The notes beneath the pieces were generated by a model. The model did not search any database and had not been told where the DNA came from. It was given only the letters and a program-made list of their open reading frames with translations. Below are positions 17,736 through 27,322 of a stretch of DNA of 63,841 nucleotides, in pieces. This stretch comes from Minisyncoccota bacterium (GTDB taxonomy: Bacteria; Patescibacteriota; Minisyncoccia; Phycocordibacterales; JACOZG01). The translations under genes were made by a program, and so were the position numbers. The stretch spans positions 1 to 63,841 of the forward strand of contig JAGVGK010000005.1 in the NCBI GenBank assembly GCA_020057185.1, read 5' to 3'. The stretch's first letter is position 1; every line of letters begins with the position of its first letter.

Positions 17736-18605
17736 TTATTTCTTATAAGTAATAAAATAGAGACCATGGGCATTATCAGGCGCCATCGGATGCCTGCCGA
17801 TTAAATAATCTAAAAGAGTTAAGGGGGCGAGAATAAAAATAAAAGCCACTTGCCATAATTGGTATAATTGCCGACTACCAAAAGACAAAACTAGCGATAG
17901 CCAACGACCCAAAATAGAAACCAAAGCCGTGGTTGGCCCCCAAGCCGAGCCACTTTCTTTTATTTGAAAACCATTCAGCAATTCCTTCATACCGAATTCG
18001 GTCCATCGGAAATAATCCCCGGGTGAAGCATGGTAACCAAGCATAAATGGAGTTACTACATACAAGAGACCTTCTGACTTAAGAACTCGACGTATTTCCG
18101 TTACCGCTTCCTGGGGATAAATTAGATGCTCTAAAACTGACTCGCAAATAACTGCATCGACCGAATTATCCTTAAAAGGAAGATCGTAAACATCGCCAAC
18201 GATTTGAGTCCCGATAAATTGGTCATAGTCAAGATTTATAACATCTTTACCAACCTTTTTAACCCCAGAACCAATATTTAAGATTATAGATTGACCAGGT
18301 AGAGAAGAGATGACTTCCTTCGCCGATCTGCCAATGAAGGTGGCCGATAAATGATAGAGAATGTTAAAAAAAATAGGGTTTGTTTTTACCCAAGCCTTAA
18401 GACGCAAGGTGGTATAATCATGTTCTGCCTTACTTAGAACCTGACTTGAGAGTCTGTCCCCCAACTCTGCCTTGCGGAAAAAGATTGAATTGTTTTTTGT
18501 TGGATATTTTTTTTGGCATTTAGCACACATAATGATTTCATTTGTCACACTCAAATTACCATGACAAATTACGCACCGTAGGACTGATATAAACTTTACT
18601 GACAT
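17736..18605 (-). CDS. Methyltransferase (type 11) with N-terminal zinc ribbon
   Basis: CVICHG..CAKCQKKY, ILNIGSG and VICESVLEHL. Confidence 0.8.
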   Translation of the reverse strand: MSVKFISVLRCVICHGNLSVTNEIIMCAKCQKKYPTKNNSIFFRKAELGDRLSSQVLSKAEHDYTTLRLKAWVKTNPIFFNILYHLSATFIGRSAKEVISSLPGQSIILNIGSGVKKVGKDVINLDYDQFIGTQIVGDVYDLPFKDNSVDAVICESVLEHLIYPQEAVTEIRRVLKSEGLLYVVTPFMLGYHASPGDYFRWTEFGMKELLNGFQIKESGSAWGPTTALVSILGRWLSLVLSFGSRQLYQLWQVAFIFILAPLTLLDYLIGRHPMAPDNAHGLYFITYKK

Positions 18606-18619
18606 TCTATAAATTTAAA

Positions 18620-19354
18620 TCACTTGACCCACTTAGCAAAATCTTGTAAAAATTGATCCACGACTTCATCGGTTTTAAAGTGCGAAGCCATAACAGAAAA
18701 AAATTTTGGAGGGACAGTGACAATGTGAGCTCCGGCTATGCCCGCGTCGATTATATCCTTAACTCCTCGAATTGAACCGACAATTATTTCTGCTTTGAGC
18801 TTTTGTCGATCGATTATTTCTCTCGTTTTTTTGACAACAATAGCGGGGTCAAAATCTTCCTCACTAAGAATTCCGTCTCTTATTGACTGCTCATATTGCT
18901 TCTTAAATTTGTTATCATTTTTACCATCTCTAATTCTTCCCCAAAACAAACTGACAAATTTTGCTCCAGCTTGGGCTGCTAAAATTGCCTGACCGACAGT
19001 CATACAAGCTGTACAGTTAACAGAAACTCCTTCTTCTGATAACCGGTGGATTATCTCCAACTCATCCCAACCAATCTGGACTTTAACACTAAGCGAAGGT
19101 AACTTAAAAATTTTCTTGAATCTTCGTGCTTGACATAAAATTTTTTTACTATCCTGAGAAAATACTTCGACACTCAGATGGGCCTTGCTGTTGTATCGTC
19201 TGATTAAGCTCACTATTTTTGAGATATGCTTTTCAAACTCAACTTTTGGTTCTTTGGCTAATAGGGATGGGTTAGTTGTTACCCCTCGTACGATACCACG
19301 TTTAAACGCTTTTTCTATATCCTCCAAATTAGCACTATCAATAAATAATTTCAT
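18620..19354 (-). CDS. Short transaldolase / fructose-6-phosphate-aldolase family enzyme
   Basis: MKLFIDSANLEDI, GVTTNPSL and LSVKVQIG. Confidence 0.85.
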   Translation of the reverse strand: MKLFIDSANLEDIEKAFKRGIVRGVTTNPSLLAKEPKVEFEKHISKIVSLIRRYNSKAHLSVEVFSQDSKKILCQARRFKKIFKLPSLSVKVQIGWDELEIIHRLSEEGVSVNCTACMTVGQAILAAQAGAKFVSLFWGRIRDGKNDNKFKKQYEQSIRDGILSEEDFDPAIVVKKTREIIDRQKLKAEIIVGSIRGVKDIIDAGIAGAHIVTVPPKFFSVMASHFKTDEVVDQFLQDFAKWVK

Positions 19355-19995
19355 TTTGAATGTTTTTTCTTTTTAGATAACTTAGTCTGACTAATTAAAT
19401 CTTTTAGGCGAAAAACTATCAAGTGATGCAAAACCACGTGGAAGGATTCCACGTGGGGTGTACTTTCTGCCGGTACTACCACGCAAGTTTGAACTAAATT
19501 TTTCATTGGGCCACCGTCAAAACCAGAGAATCCAATGGTTGAACCCCCTATATCTTTAGCGAACTGGAGACCGCGCAACAAGTTCTGCGACCAAGCACCG
19601 ACCTTATCTTTGCCCGAACCGCCATGAACACTGATGCCAATGACCACACTTTTAGGCATCCAGTAATTTCTTAATTGGGTGATAAAAAGATTTTCCCATC
19701 CCCAATCGTTAGTCGTAGCGCTAACCAGGGGAATATTATCAACCAAGGCGATCGCCTTAATTCCATGATGCATAGGATCATCATTCACTGTCTTGGCTAA
19801 ATCGCTCGCAAAATGTGTCGCGGTTGAAGCAGAGCCACCATTACCCATTAAAAACACCCATCTATGGTTTTTCCAAGCATCAAACAAGATATCAACAATC
19901 TTTGTAATCTGAGTCTCTTGCTCCTTCAATTTTTCTGCAATAAGTTTAGACTCATCAAAATAAGAGTGGACATACGAACGGTTAATCTTTAACAT
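19351..19995 (-). CDS. gmhA: SIS-domain sedoheptulose-7-phosphate isomerase
   Basis: GNGGSASTATHFASDL; about 200 aa. Confidence 0.85.
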   Translation of the reverse strand: MLKINRSYVHSYFDESKLIAEKLKEQETQITKIVDILFDAWKNHRWVFLMGNGGSASTATHFASDLAKTVNDDPMHHGIKAIALVDNIPLVSATTNDWGWENLFITQLRNYWMPKSVVIGISVHGGSGKDKVGAWSQNLLRGLQFAKDIGGSTIGFSGFDGGPMKNLVQTCVVVPAESTPHVESFHVVLHHLIVFRLKDLISQTKLSKKKKHSK

Positions 19996-20053
19996 ATTCT
20001 ATTGATTTTACTACCTCCACAAGAATAAAGCAATCTCTATCTCTCTTCATCAC

Positions 20054-21052
20054 CTATAAACTAAGAACCCTGTGTCTAGCCCCCAATGGATCTAAATTGA
20101 AAAACATTTCTTTCATTCTCGAAGTTTTTAAGACTTGTCGAACATTATTTTTCACTTTTTTTGATCCACAGTAAAACATAAAGTACCCGCCACCACCGGC
20201 ACCCATTATTTTTCCACCGAGTGCGCCGGCTCTTTTTGCTTTCTCATAAATCTCATCAAAAATAGGATTGGATATTTGTCCCGAAATTTCCCTTTTTATT
20301 CTCCAGTGATCATCGAGCAATGTTCCAAAAGATTCTAGGTCACCAGTTTTAAAAGATTCATATATTTCTAAACCAATAGATTTTGTTTTATGTTTGAGCT
20401 CTAACGCCTTTTTATTATCCTGGGCTACAAGGATTTTTGAACTATCTCGCTTTACTCCAGTATAAAAAAATAATGTATTGTCAAAAAATTTTTTACTAAT
20501 TTCTTCTTCTATCTTCGGTTTTGTTATTTTGATGTTTCCATCTTTACTAATATTCAAAGCAGTAAATCCCCCCATGGAACAAAGATAGGGGTCTTGAGGA
20601 CCATCTGGTAATCCTAATTTTCTGGTGATAGAAAAAGATTTTTCCGCTGCGATCTTATTACTAATTTTTTTGCCGGCGAAAACACTTAGCCCTTTTAGCA
20701 AAGCAACGACACAGGCTCCAGAAGAACCGAGACCAGTGCCAGCCGGAGTATCTGCCTTGAATGAGATTGCCACTGAATTATTGATACCGAGGGCTAAAAG
20801 AGCTTCTCTTGCTAATTCATGTTCAACTTTTTTAGGATGATCGACTGTCTCGAATTGACGATAATGGACATGGATTAAGTTATCCGATTTGGTGCTTTTA
20901 ATTAAGATGTCCATGTAAAGATTAATGGTGACACCAAACACAAAACCTCCGTATTTCCTGTAATACGAAGGAAGATCTGTTGACCCTCCACCGAGAGAAA
21001 TTCTGAAAGGAACACGGACCAAAATTATAGGCGAGTTCATATCTATATCCAA
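20054..21052 (-). CDS. hddA: GHMP-family D-glycero-alpha-D-manno-heptose-7-phosphate kinase
   Basis: RISLGGGSTDLP and PAGTGLGSSGACVVAL. Context with gmhA and gmhB supports the call. Confidence 0.75.
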   Translation of the reverse strand: MDIDMNSPIILVRVPFRISLGGGSTDLPSYYRKYGGFVFGVTINLYMDILIKSTKSDNLIHVHYRQFETVDHPKKVEHELAREALLALGINNSVAISFKADTPAGTGLGSSGACVVALLKGLSVFAGKKISNKIAAEKSFSITRKLGLPDGPQDPYLCSMGGFTALNISKDGNIKITKPKIEEEISKKFFDNTLFFYTGVKRDSSKILVAQDNKKALELKHKTKSIGLEIYESFKTGDLESFGTLLDDHWRIKREISGQISNPIFDEIYEKAKRAGALGGKIMGAGGGGYFMFYCGSKKVKNNVRQVLKTSRMKEMFFNLDPLGARHRVLSL

Positions 21053-21103
21053 TTAAACATAGCAAAATAAGTAATAAATGTCTAAGTTAATTCGATGTCA
21101 ACG

Positions 21104-21661
21104 TCAACTGGATTTCCTAGTCGAAAAAACAATTTCTTCCGCCTCAAAGATAGATTTTATGTTAAAATCGGCTTTCGAGCATTCATCCTCAGTTTTTTTT
21201 TGAATAAAAATTGTTTTGCAACCAACATTTTTCCCCACTTGAATATCAGTTAGGCTATCACCAATAAAAAAAGATTCCCTTAGGTTGATTTTCCATTTCT
21301 TTACTGCATCTAAGATCATACCTGGTTTGGGTTTACGACATAGACATTTTCGATTACGTCCATGCGGGCAAACATAAATATCGTCAACTGGCATTTTTTT
21401 AAGAAATCTAGTTATTTTTTTGTGTTCAATAATATTTAGCAATTTATATTCCAAATCAGGTTGATTGGTAATTATTATGCGCAAAAAACCTTTCTGTCCC
21501 AGACGATCAAGAAAGGGAACGATTCCCGCCTTGATCCTTAACTCAGAAAATTTCCAAGGAGCTGTAAAACGAACTTTTTTACCAGCTATCTGGCAATTTT
21601 CTCCTCGGTAAACAAGGTTGTTTATTGTGCCATCTCGATCGAAAAATACTGCCTTATTCAT
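21104..21661 (-). CDS. gmhB: HAD-IIIA D,D-heptose-1,7-bisphosphate phosphatase
   Basis: FFDRDGTIN, ITNQP, CPHGRNRKCLCRKPKPGM and IGDSLTD. Confidence 0.85.
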   Translation of the reverse strand: MNKAVFFDRDGTINNLVYRGENCQIAGKKVRFTAPWKFSELRIKAGIVPFLDRLGQKGFLRIIITNQPDLEYKLLNIIEHKKITRFLKKMPVDDIYVCPHGRNRKCLCRKPKPGMILDAVKKWKINLRESFFIGDSLTDIQVGKNVGCKTIFIQKKTEDECSKADFNIKSIFEAEEIVFSTRKSS

Positions 21662-23639
21662 TTTTTATTCTTTTTAAAATATCTTTACCGGTAGTAACAC
21701 TTGTAATTACCTTCCCACCGAGCACCGAATAACAACCAAACCCATGATAAGTCACTTCGCTAGGGCGGGAATCATTTTTCTTGGAAGATTTGCCAACTGG
21801 TAAAATCGAGTACATTGATTTAACATATTCAGCTCTATCTAAAATAGGAAACCATTTTTTGCATCTATCTCTCATTTTTCCCCAAAGAGAACACTTCGGT
21901 AGTTTTTTCATAATGATTTTATTTCCCCTTTGTCCATTGCCTATTGCCCTAATAGACAAGGGAACATCGCCGAATGTAAACAATTCATTCTCGCCAGTGG
22001 TTACAATAGTCGCAAATGGCCCATCAACAATCGTTGCTGAAAATGGTGATTGTTTAGGAATACGAATCAAAATAACTTCCTTAAACCTGAGCTCAATATC
22101 TTTTTTAGCAAAGCCAAGCCAATTAGGTAATAAATTATAATTGGAATAGGTGCAATTAATTACGTAATCGAAGCTTCCATTTTTTTTCATACAACCGTTC
22201 GTAAAATATAATTTCTTTTGGCCATCAGGCATTAATTCAGAATTGGTTACTGAGGAGTTTAATTTTAAAACTATCTTTTTCTTTTTTAATTTTTTTGTAA
22301 TGATGTCAAATAAAGTTTTGTAATTATATATTCCCTCTTTTACTCTAAAACAACCGTCAATACTATTTCCATTGATTATCTTACTATCTGGCACAACATC
22401 TTCACATGGAAGATCAAAATTTGAGCAAAATTTGATGAAATCTTTTTTGGAAGTTAGAGAGTTTTTCTTTGCAACACAATAATAGCTTTTAAAATCATGT
22501 TTTACTGCCTTTCCGTACCACTCTTCAAAATCCTTTGTGGCGTTAACAATTTCTTGGACCGTTTCTGGACTGCGCGGGTAATGATAGCCCGAATGATGCC
22601 GATATTGATTCAACCGGGTAGCTTCTAACAATAGGTTTTTATTTTTTTCAAAAAGAGTCACTTCAAAATTATCACTTAGGGCTATAGCTGCAGTAACTCC
22701 AAAAATGCCTCCACCGATTACTGCCACCCTGTCTTTATCACGATTCGAACTTTTGGTCACCAAATTTGTGGTGCTAACAACTCTTTCTCCCACGACCCCA
22801 TCTGGATATGGAATATCACTATTATTAATTAGCCTTAAAAAAGTCTCGAGTTCGGATTTCAATGGTTCCTTAGCCAACAGGCAAACAATTTTTCTGTTAG
22901 TTTTTACCCCCTTCAGAATAATTATCCCTGTCTGAAAATCTATCGTGAGACATTCATCCTTGAAATTAAATTTTAATAATCTTTCTTTAATTTTATCCAA
23001 CCAGCCCACATTAAAATTGGCATCAATATTATTTGAATATCTTATACTTGTTTTTATAAAACTCTTTCCTCTGCTCGACCAAACCTTACACACCCTTGAG
23101 TTGAAAAAATAATCCATCATATCCCACCAGTGTAATTCTTCAAATGCCGGCTTCTCTCCGCGCCAAGTGTTTATTGGGCTTACAAATGATCCTTCTACGC
23201 TTATCGGTAACGGTCTTTTTTTGAGTATTTTTTTAATAGCCTCAACCGCTGGATGGAATCTAAAAATGTGTCCAACCATTAATTTGTTGTTCGTCTTCTT
23301 TGCTAATTCAATTAATTTTCTCGCTTGTTTACTATTTTCTACGAGCGGTTTTTCTACAAAAACATTGCAAAATTTAATACACCGGCTTACAAGTTCGAAA
23401 TGGGTACTGCTTGGTGTAACAACAATGACAGCATCTGCCATTTTTAACAAACTAGTCAATACACTAGTAAAAACAGGAAAAATTATTTTGGAAGACAATT
23501 CGCGCGCGCTCTTTTCTTTATCCACAATTACAGCAATAAATTCAATCACACCCCTAGCGTGGAAATCCGAGAGAATTCTTAGATGATTCTTACCAAATCT
23601 TCCAGCCCCGATGAGAATAATTTTGGGGGGTTGAGTCAT
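21654..23639 (-). CDS. Fusion protein: Gfo/Idh/MocA-type NAD(P) oxidoreductase + FAD-dependent oxidoreductase
   Basis: First dinucleotide fold KIILIGAGRFGKNH. Second fold RVAVIGGGIFGVTAAIAL at about residue 305. Confidence 0.65.
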   Translation of the reverse strand: MTQPPKIILIGAGRFGKNHLRILSDFHARGVIEFIAVIVDKEKSARELSSKIIFPVFTSVLTSLLKMADAVIVVTPSSTHFELVSRCIKFCNVFVEKPLVENSKQARKLIELAKKTNNKLMVGHIFRFHPAVEAIKKILKKRPLPISVEGSFVSPINTWRGEKPAFEELHWWDMMDYFFNSRVCKVWSSRGKSFIKTSIRYSNNIDANFNVGWLDKIKERLLKFNFKDECLTIDFQTGIIILKGVKTNRKIVCLLAKEPLKSELETFLRLINNSDIPYPDGVVGERVVSTTNLVTKSSNRDKDRVAVIGGGIFGVTAAIALSDNFEVTLFEKNKNLLLEATRLNQYRHHSGYHYPRSPETVQEIVNATKDFEEWYGKAVKHDFKSYYCVAKKNSLTSKKDFIKFCSNFDLPCEDVVPDSKIINGNSIDGCFRVKEGIYNYKTLFDIITKKLKKKKIVLKLNSSVTNSELMPDGQKKLYFTNGCMKKNGSFDYVINCTYSNYNLLPNWLGFAKKDIELRFKEVILIRIPKQSPFSATIVDGPFATIVTTGENELFTFGDVPLSIRAIGNGQRGNKIIMKKLPKCSLWGKMRDRCKKWFPILDRAEYVKSMYSILPVGKSSKKNDSRPSEVTYHGFGCYSVLGGKVITSVTTGKDILKRIKNE

Positions 23640-23640
23640 T

Positions 23641-24573
23641 TTATTTGTTTTGTATTATTTCTTTTATCATATAAGGAGAAGACTGTTTTAGATCATAGTG
23701 TAAACGAAGCAACATTTCAGCCAGAAATCCAATCATGAAAAGTAACACGGCTAAAATAGTAAATAATGTACCAACAATCGGCAATGGTGTCTCTGTAAAA
23801 TTTAATACCCCCGCCAGCCTCAAAGCAATAGCAATAATAAAAGAAATTGCTGCCATTATCCCAGAAATTAACCCTAGCCCGCCAAAAAAACGGAGGGGAC
23901 GAGCAAAATAACGAACGAAAAATACGATCCCCAACAAATCAAAAATACCTCTAACCATATTCATTATTCTAATTTTAGAAACCCCAATTTCTCTAGGATA
24001 ATGAGGAACTGGCACTTCAGTAATTTTTGCTCCCCGTTGTTTGGCCACTGCTGGAAGAAAAACCTGTGCTTCACCCCATAAACGAAAATCTTTTATAAAA
24101 CTAGTTCGATATACCTTAAGACCGCAACCAAAATCATGTATATCTAAATTGAGTAATTTACGAGCAATAAAATTTGCTAATTTAGAAAAAATTTTTCTAG
24201 TCCAATGATCTTTTCTTATTTGTCTCCACCCGACAACAACATCGTAACCTTGATTGATCTTGTTTAATAACAAAAGAATGTCCTCAGGATCGTTCTGAAG
24301 GTCAGCATCAATAAGTACAACGATATCGCCGTTTGCATGGCTAATTCCTACATCTAATGCTGCAGTTTGGCCATAATTGCGCTGTAGAGTAATTAAATTT
24401 AAAGGAGTAATTGCTCTGCCAATTTCTTCCGTTTTATCTTGAGAACCATCATTGACAAAAATAATTTCAAATGGCAGATTAACACGATCCATTGCTTTGA
24501 TAATACGAGAATGTAGGTTTTTTAGGAGCTTCTCTTCGTTAAAAATTGGTACAACGACTGATATTTTGTTCAT
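23641..24573 (-). CDS. GT2 polyprenyl-phosphate glycosyltransferase (GtrB/ArnC/DPM1-like)
   Basis: VVVPIFNEE, VNDGSQD and DADLQNDPED, plus two C-terminal TM helices. Confidence 0.88.
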   Translation of the reverse strand: MNKISVVVPIFNEEKLLKNLHSRIIKAMDRVNLPFEIIFVNDGSQDKTEEIGRAITPLNLITLQRNYGQTAALDVGISHANGDIVVLIDADLQNDPEDILLLLNKINQGYDVVVGWRQIRKDHWTRKIFSKLANFIARKLLNLDIHDFGCGLKVYRTSFIKDFRLWGEAQVFLPAVAKQRGAKITEVPVPHYPREIGVSKIRIMNMVRGIFDLLGIVFFVRYFARPLRFFGGLGLISGIMAAISFIIAIALRLAGVLNFTETPLPIVGTLFTILAVLLFMIGFLAEMLLRLHYDLKQSSPYMIKEIIQNK

Positions 24574-24589
24574 ATTGATCTAAATATAC

Positions 24590-24635
24590 AGAAAATAAAA
24601 GAAAAAGAAAGGACGAGGTTTATCACCACGTCCTT
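24590..24635 (-). terminator. Intrinsic terminator after the radical-SAM gene
   Basis: AAGGACG-13 nt-CGTCCTT, followed on the minus strand by a long T-rich run. Confidence 0.7.
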
Positions 24636-24655
24636 GTTTTGATATTCTCCTATAA

Positions 24656-26182
24656 TTATCTATCTTGCCAACGAGCTCCAATACTTGCTTTTAAACGCAT
24701 TGCTACATGTTGAGGTGTATTTATCTCTCGCCATGCTAAATCACGCAACTCAACAATACGTTCAGCTGGAACAACGGTATTCCTCATTACTGCGTTTTTC
24801 CAGTTAAAACTATCGGGATCAAAATTTCGATCGAGGTTCCCTCCAGCAACCGCGATCTCAAACAAACTACTACCCGGGAAAGGAATTGGGATAAAAAACG
24901 TGCAGTACTCAGCCCCCGCTTCAACGAGTCTTTTCGCCAGCAAAATACTTTGTCTCATTTCAACTTCTGTTTCGTCCGGAAAACCAATCATCATATTGAT
25001 CGGGCAAATTATTCCAGCTCGTCTAGCTAAGCGCACTAATTCAACGACATCTAGAGTTTCCAGATTAAGTTTAGCTGTCGCGTACTTGTCCAAAATGCGC
25101 TGAGAACCAGACTCAACAGGGAAAACGATTTGGGCAAAACCTGACTCGGCCAACAATTCAAGATACTCCCTATCAATCACCAATCGGCTGTTCTCTCGCT
25201 TCAGAAAATGAACCAGGTTTACCCCATTGACATCAGCTATGCTTAGGCCACGACCAACCACTGAGCTGAAAATTTGACGAACTCGTTCTTTTTTTGCCAA
25301 AAGACTGTCGTCCTCAAAAAAGAGTTTTCCTACCCCAAGTTCTTTCAGCCGATCGATCTCTTCAATCACTCTTTCAACTGATTTGAGCCGAAGTGAACCA
25401 ATATCTCCAACTTCTTCGACCATACTTTTTTCCCTTGAGATGTGGCAAAAAGAGCACCGAAAGGGACATCCACGAGACGTCATGATCGGGGCATAACGTT
25501 TTTGTTGGTCAGATGAAACACCGTGGGGTGAGGAAATTTGGTCATAATGTCGAAATGGTAACTTCTTCCAAGCGGGGAAGGGCAGATCATCCAAATTAAC
25601 AGTTATGTCCCCTGGCCTTGCCGGCCTCCTCACGATCTGTCCGGTCGCCTCTTGAAACGCGATTCCGTGTAAATGTCTGGGGTCTTCATTGCCCCGCCAA
25701 GTTTGAGCAATCATGGGAATGATCCGTTCTCCCTCTGTCAGACAAATTTGATCGACATTGCCTTCAGCAAAAAACCTGTTGAGCAAATTACGAGCGTTAA
25801 CACCTCCAGCCACTACCAAGATACCGGGGTCAACCGACTTAACAATGGAAGCAACTTCAAGCGCCATCCTCGTTTGGGGAGTAAAATTTGAATTAATCCC
25901 AACTAATCCATAGTCTCCCTTCGATACCACTTCGGCAATCCGATCCGGAGACATTCCAATTCTCGTAAGACCGTTAGATAACCTCACACTCCGGTAAAAT
26001 GTCTCCTCTAAAGAATCATCTACCGTCCCCACGGAAGCGTCAAGAACATCAACAGAAAACCCTGCCAGTTCCAATGCCCCGGCCAAATACAGTGGTCCAA
26101 GGGACCCATCTGGTCGTGGGGTTTCAATTTCCATGAGTTGATTCGGTGGGTAAATTAGCAATACACGATTTCGATTTAGCAT
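24656..26182 (-). CDS. B12-binding-domain radical SAM enzyme
   Basis: SRGCPFRCSFCHIS (CxxxCxxC) after an N-terminal cobalamin-binding-like domain. Strong Shine-Dalgarno GGGAGG 7 nt upstream of the start. Confidence 0.88.
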   Translation of the reverse strand: MLNRNRVLLIYPPNQLMEIETPRPDGSLGPLYLAGALELAGFSVDVLDASVGTVDDSLEETFYRSVRLSNGLTRIGMSPDRIAEVVSKGDYGLVGINSNFTPQTRMALEVASIVKSVDPGILVVAGGVNARNLLNRFFAEGNVDQICLTEGERIIPMIAQTWRGNEDPRHLHGIAFQEATGQIVRRPARPGDITVNLDDLPFPAWKKLPFRHYDQISSPHGVSSDQQKRYAPIMTSRGCPFRCSFCHISREKSMVEEVGDIGSLRLKSVERVIEEIDRLKELGVGKLFFEDDSLLAKKERVRQIFSSVVGRGLSIADVNGVNLVHFLKRENSRLVIDREYLELLAESGFAQIVFPVESGSQRILDKYATAKLNLETLDVVELVRLARRAGIICPINMMIGFPDETEVEMRQSILLAKRLVEAGAEYCTFFIPIPFPGSSLFEIAVAGGNLDRNFDPDSFNWKNAVMRNTVVPAERIVELRDLAWREINTPQHVAMRLKASIGARWQDR

Positions 26183-26236
26183 CGAGATTCCTCCCTTTCA
26201 AAGAACTAATTTCTGTTCACAAGCTCTTTTATTAGA

Positions 26237-26911
26237 TTACTTTCTATTATTAAACTTGTCAATATCGTAGACTGTTGAAAAGGAAAGATTATCAACCCCT
26301 GGAATTAAATATACATCATTAGTGTGAATAAACTCAGACATCATATCAGTAAGATATATTTCCTTTGCATGACAAACAACAATTTGATAATTAAAAATAT
26401 CAGAGCTAGCTAAAATTAAACCACCAGCCACTAAATTAGAAGTTGGCATTTTCGGTTTTTCAGTAATTGAAGAAATTCTTCCCGCTTTATCTAAAGTTAT
26501 CACTGCTGAATTTTGAGGATAATCGAAATGACGACAAAGCCAACTAAATTCATGGACCAAGCAATGTTCAACATCTTGTTTGGTTAAAAGCTCATCACCA
26601 TAGACAATAAAAAAACGCTCGTGATCAGAAAAGTATTTCTTAGCCAACAATAAGGCCGGTCCTGTCCCGTTTAATGTTTCTTGCCTCTCGAATTTAAAAG
26701 ACATTCCATAATATTTTTTGTTGAGGAAATCTATGATTTGATCACCGCGATAGCCAACTACGACTATTATCTCATCAACGAAATCTATTAAGGATTCAAC
26801 AATATGCTCCAAGAAACTTCGTCCCGAAATTTTTACCAACGGTTTAGGAATTTTATCCGTTAATGGTCTCATCCTACTCCCCCTGCCTGCGGCTAAAATA
26901 ACTGCTTTCAT
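26237..26911 (-). CDS. Sugar-1-phosphate nucleotidyltransferase (HddC-like heptose-1-P guanylyltransferase candidate)
   Basis: MKAVILAAGRGSRMRPLTDKIPKPL; 224 aa. Specificity is inferred from context. Confidence 0.75.
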   Translation of the reverse strand: MKAVILAAGRGSRMRPLTDKIPKPLVKISGRSFLEHIVESLIDFVDEIIVVVGYRGDQIIDFLNKKYYGMSFKFERQETLNGTGPALLLAKKYFSDHERFFIVYGDELLTKQDVEHCLVHEFSWLCRHFDYPQNSAVITLDKAGRISSITEKPKMPTSNLVAGGLILASSDIFNYQIVVCHAKEIYLTDMMSEFIHTNDVYLIPGVDNLSFSTVYDIDKFNNRK

Positions 26912-27322
26912 TTATTGATTCCGATGGTTAAAAACAAAAATTTTACTAAAGAAAAAACTAACCATCGACATTCCACCGGCCACCAAGGTTACAGATAATA
27001 GGTAGTGCATCCCTAAAACTGATGTCAAAAAATAGATAAAGAAAAAACCTATTGGAGACGATGCCAGATAGAACGACATATTTTTGATATACGACCCCCA
27101 GAGGTTAGGAAGATTACCATGAGAAAAAGTGATTGAGCGATTAAACAAGAAAAATGTTGTCCAACTTACGATCGCCCCAATTATGGCAGAAAATAAATAC
27201 CACAATCCCAAAATATTAACTAGGATAAATGTAACGAAAATATTTACAAGAAATGAGATCACACCGCCTAAAATGAAAGCTGTCACTTGTTTTCGCATCG
27301 ATAAATTATTTAGAAATCCCAT
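26912..27322 (-). CDS. GtrA-family small membrane protein
   Basis: 136 aa with 4 TM helices. Adjacent to the nucleotidyltransferase and near the GT2. Confidence 0.7.
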   Translation of the reverse strand: MGFLNNLSMRKQVTAFILGGVISFLVNIFVTFILVNILGLWYLFSAIIGAIVSWTTFFLFNRSITFSHGNLPNLWGSYIKNMSFYLASSPIGFFFIYFLTSVLGMHYLLSVTLVAGGMSMVSFFFSKIFVFNHRNQ

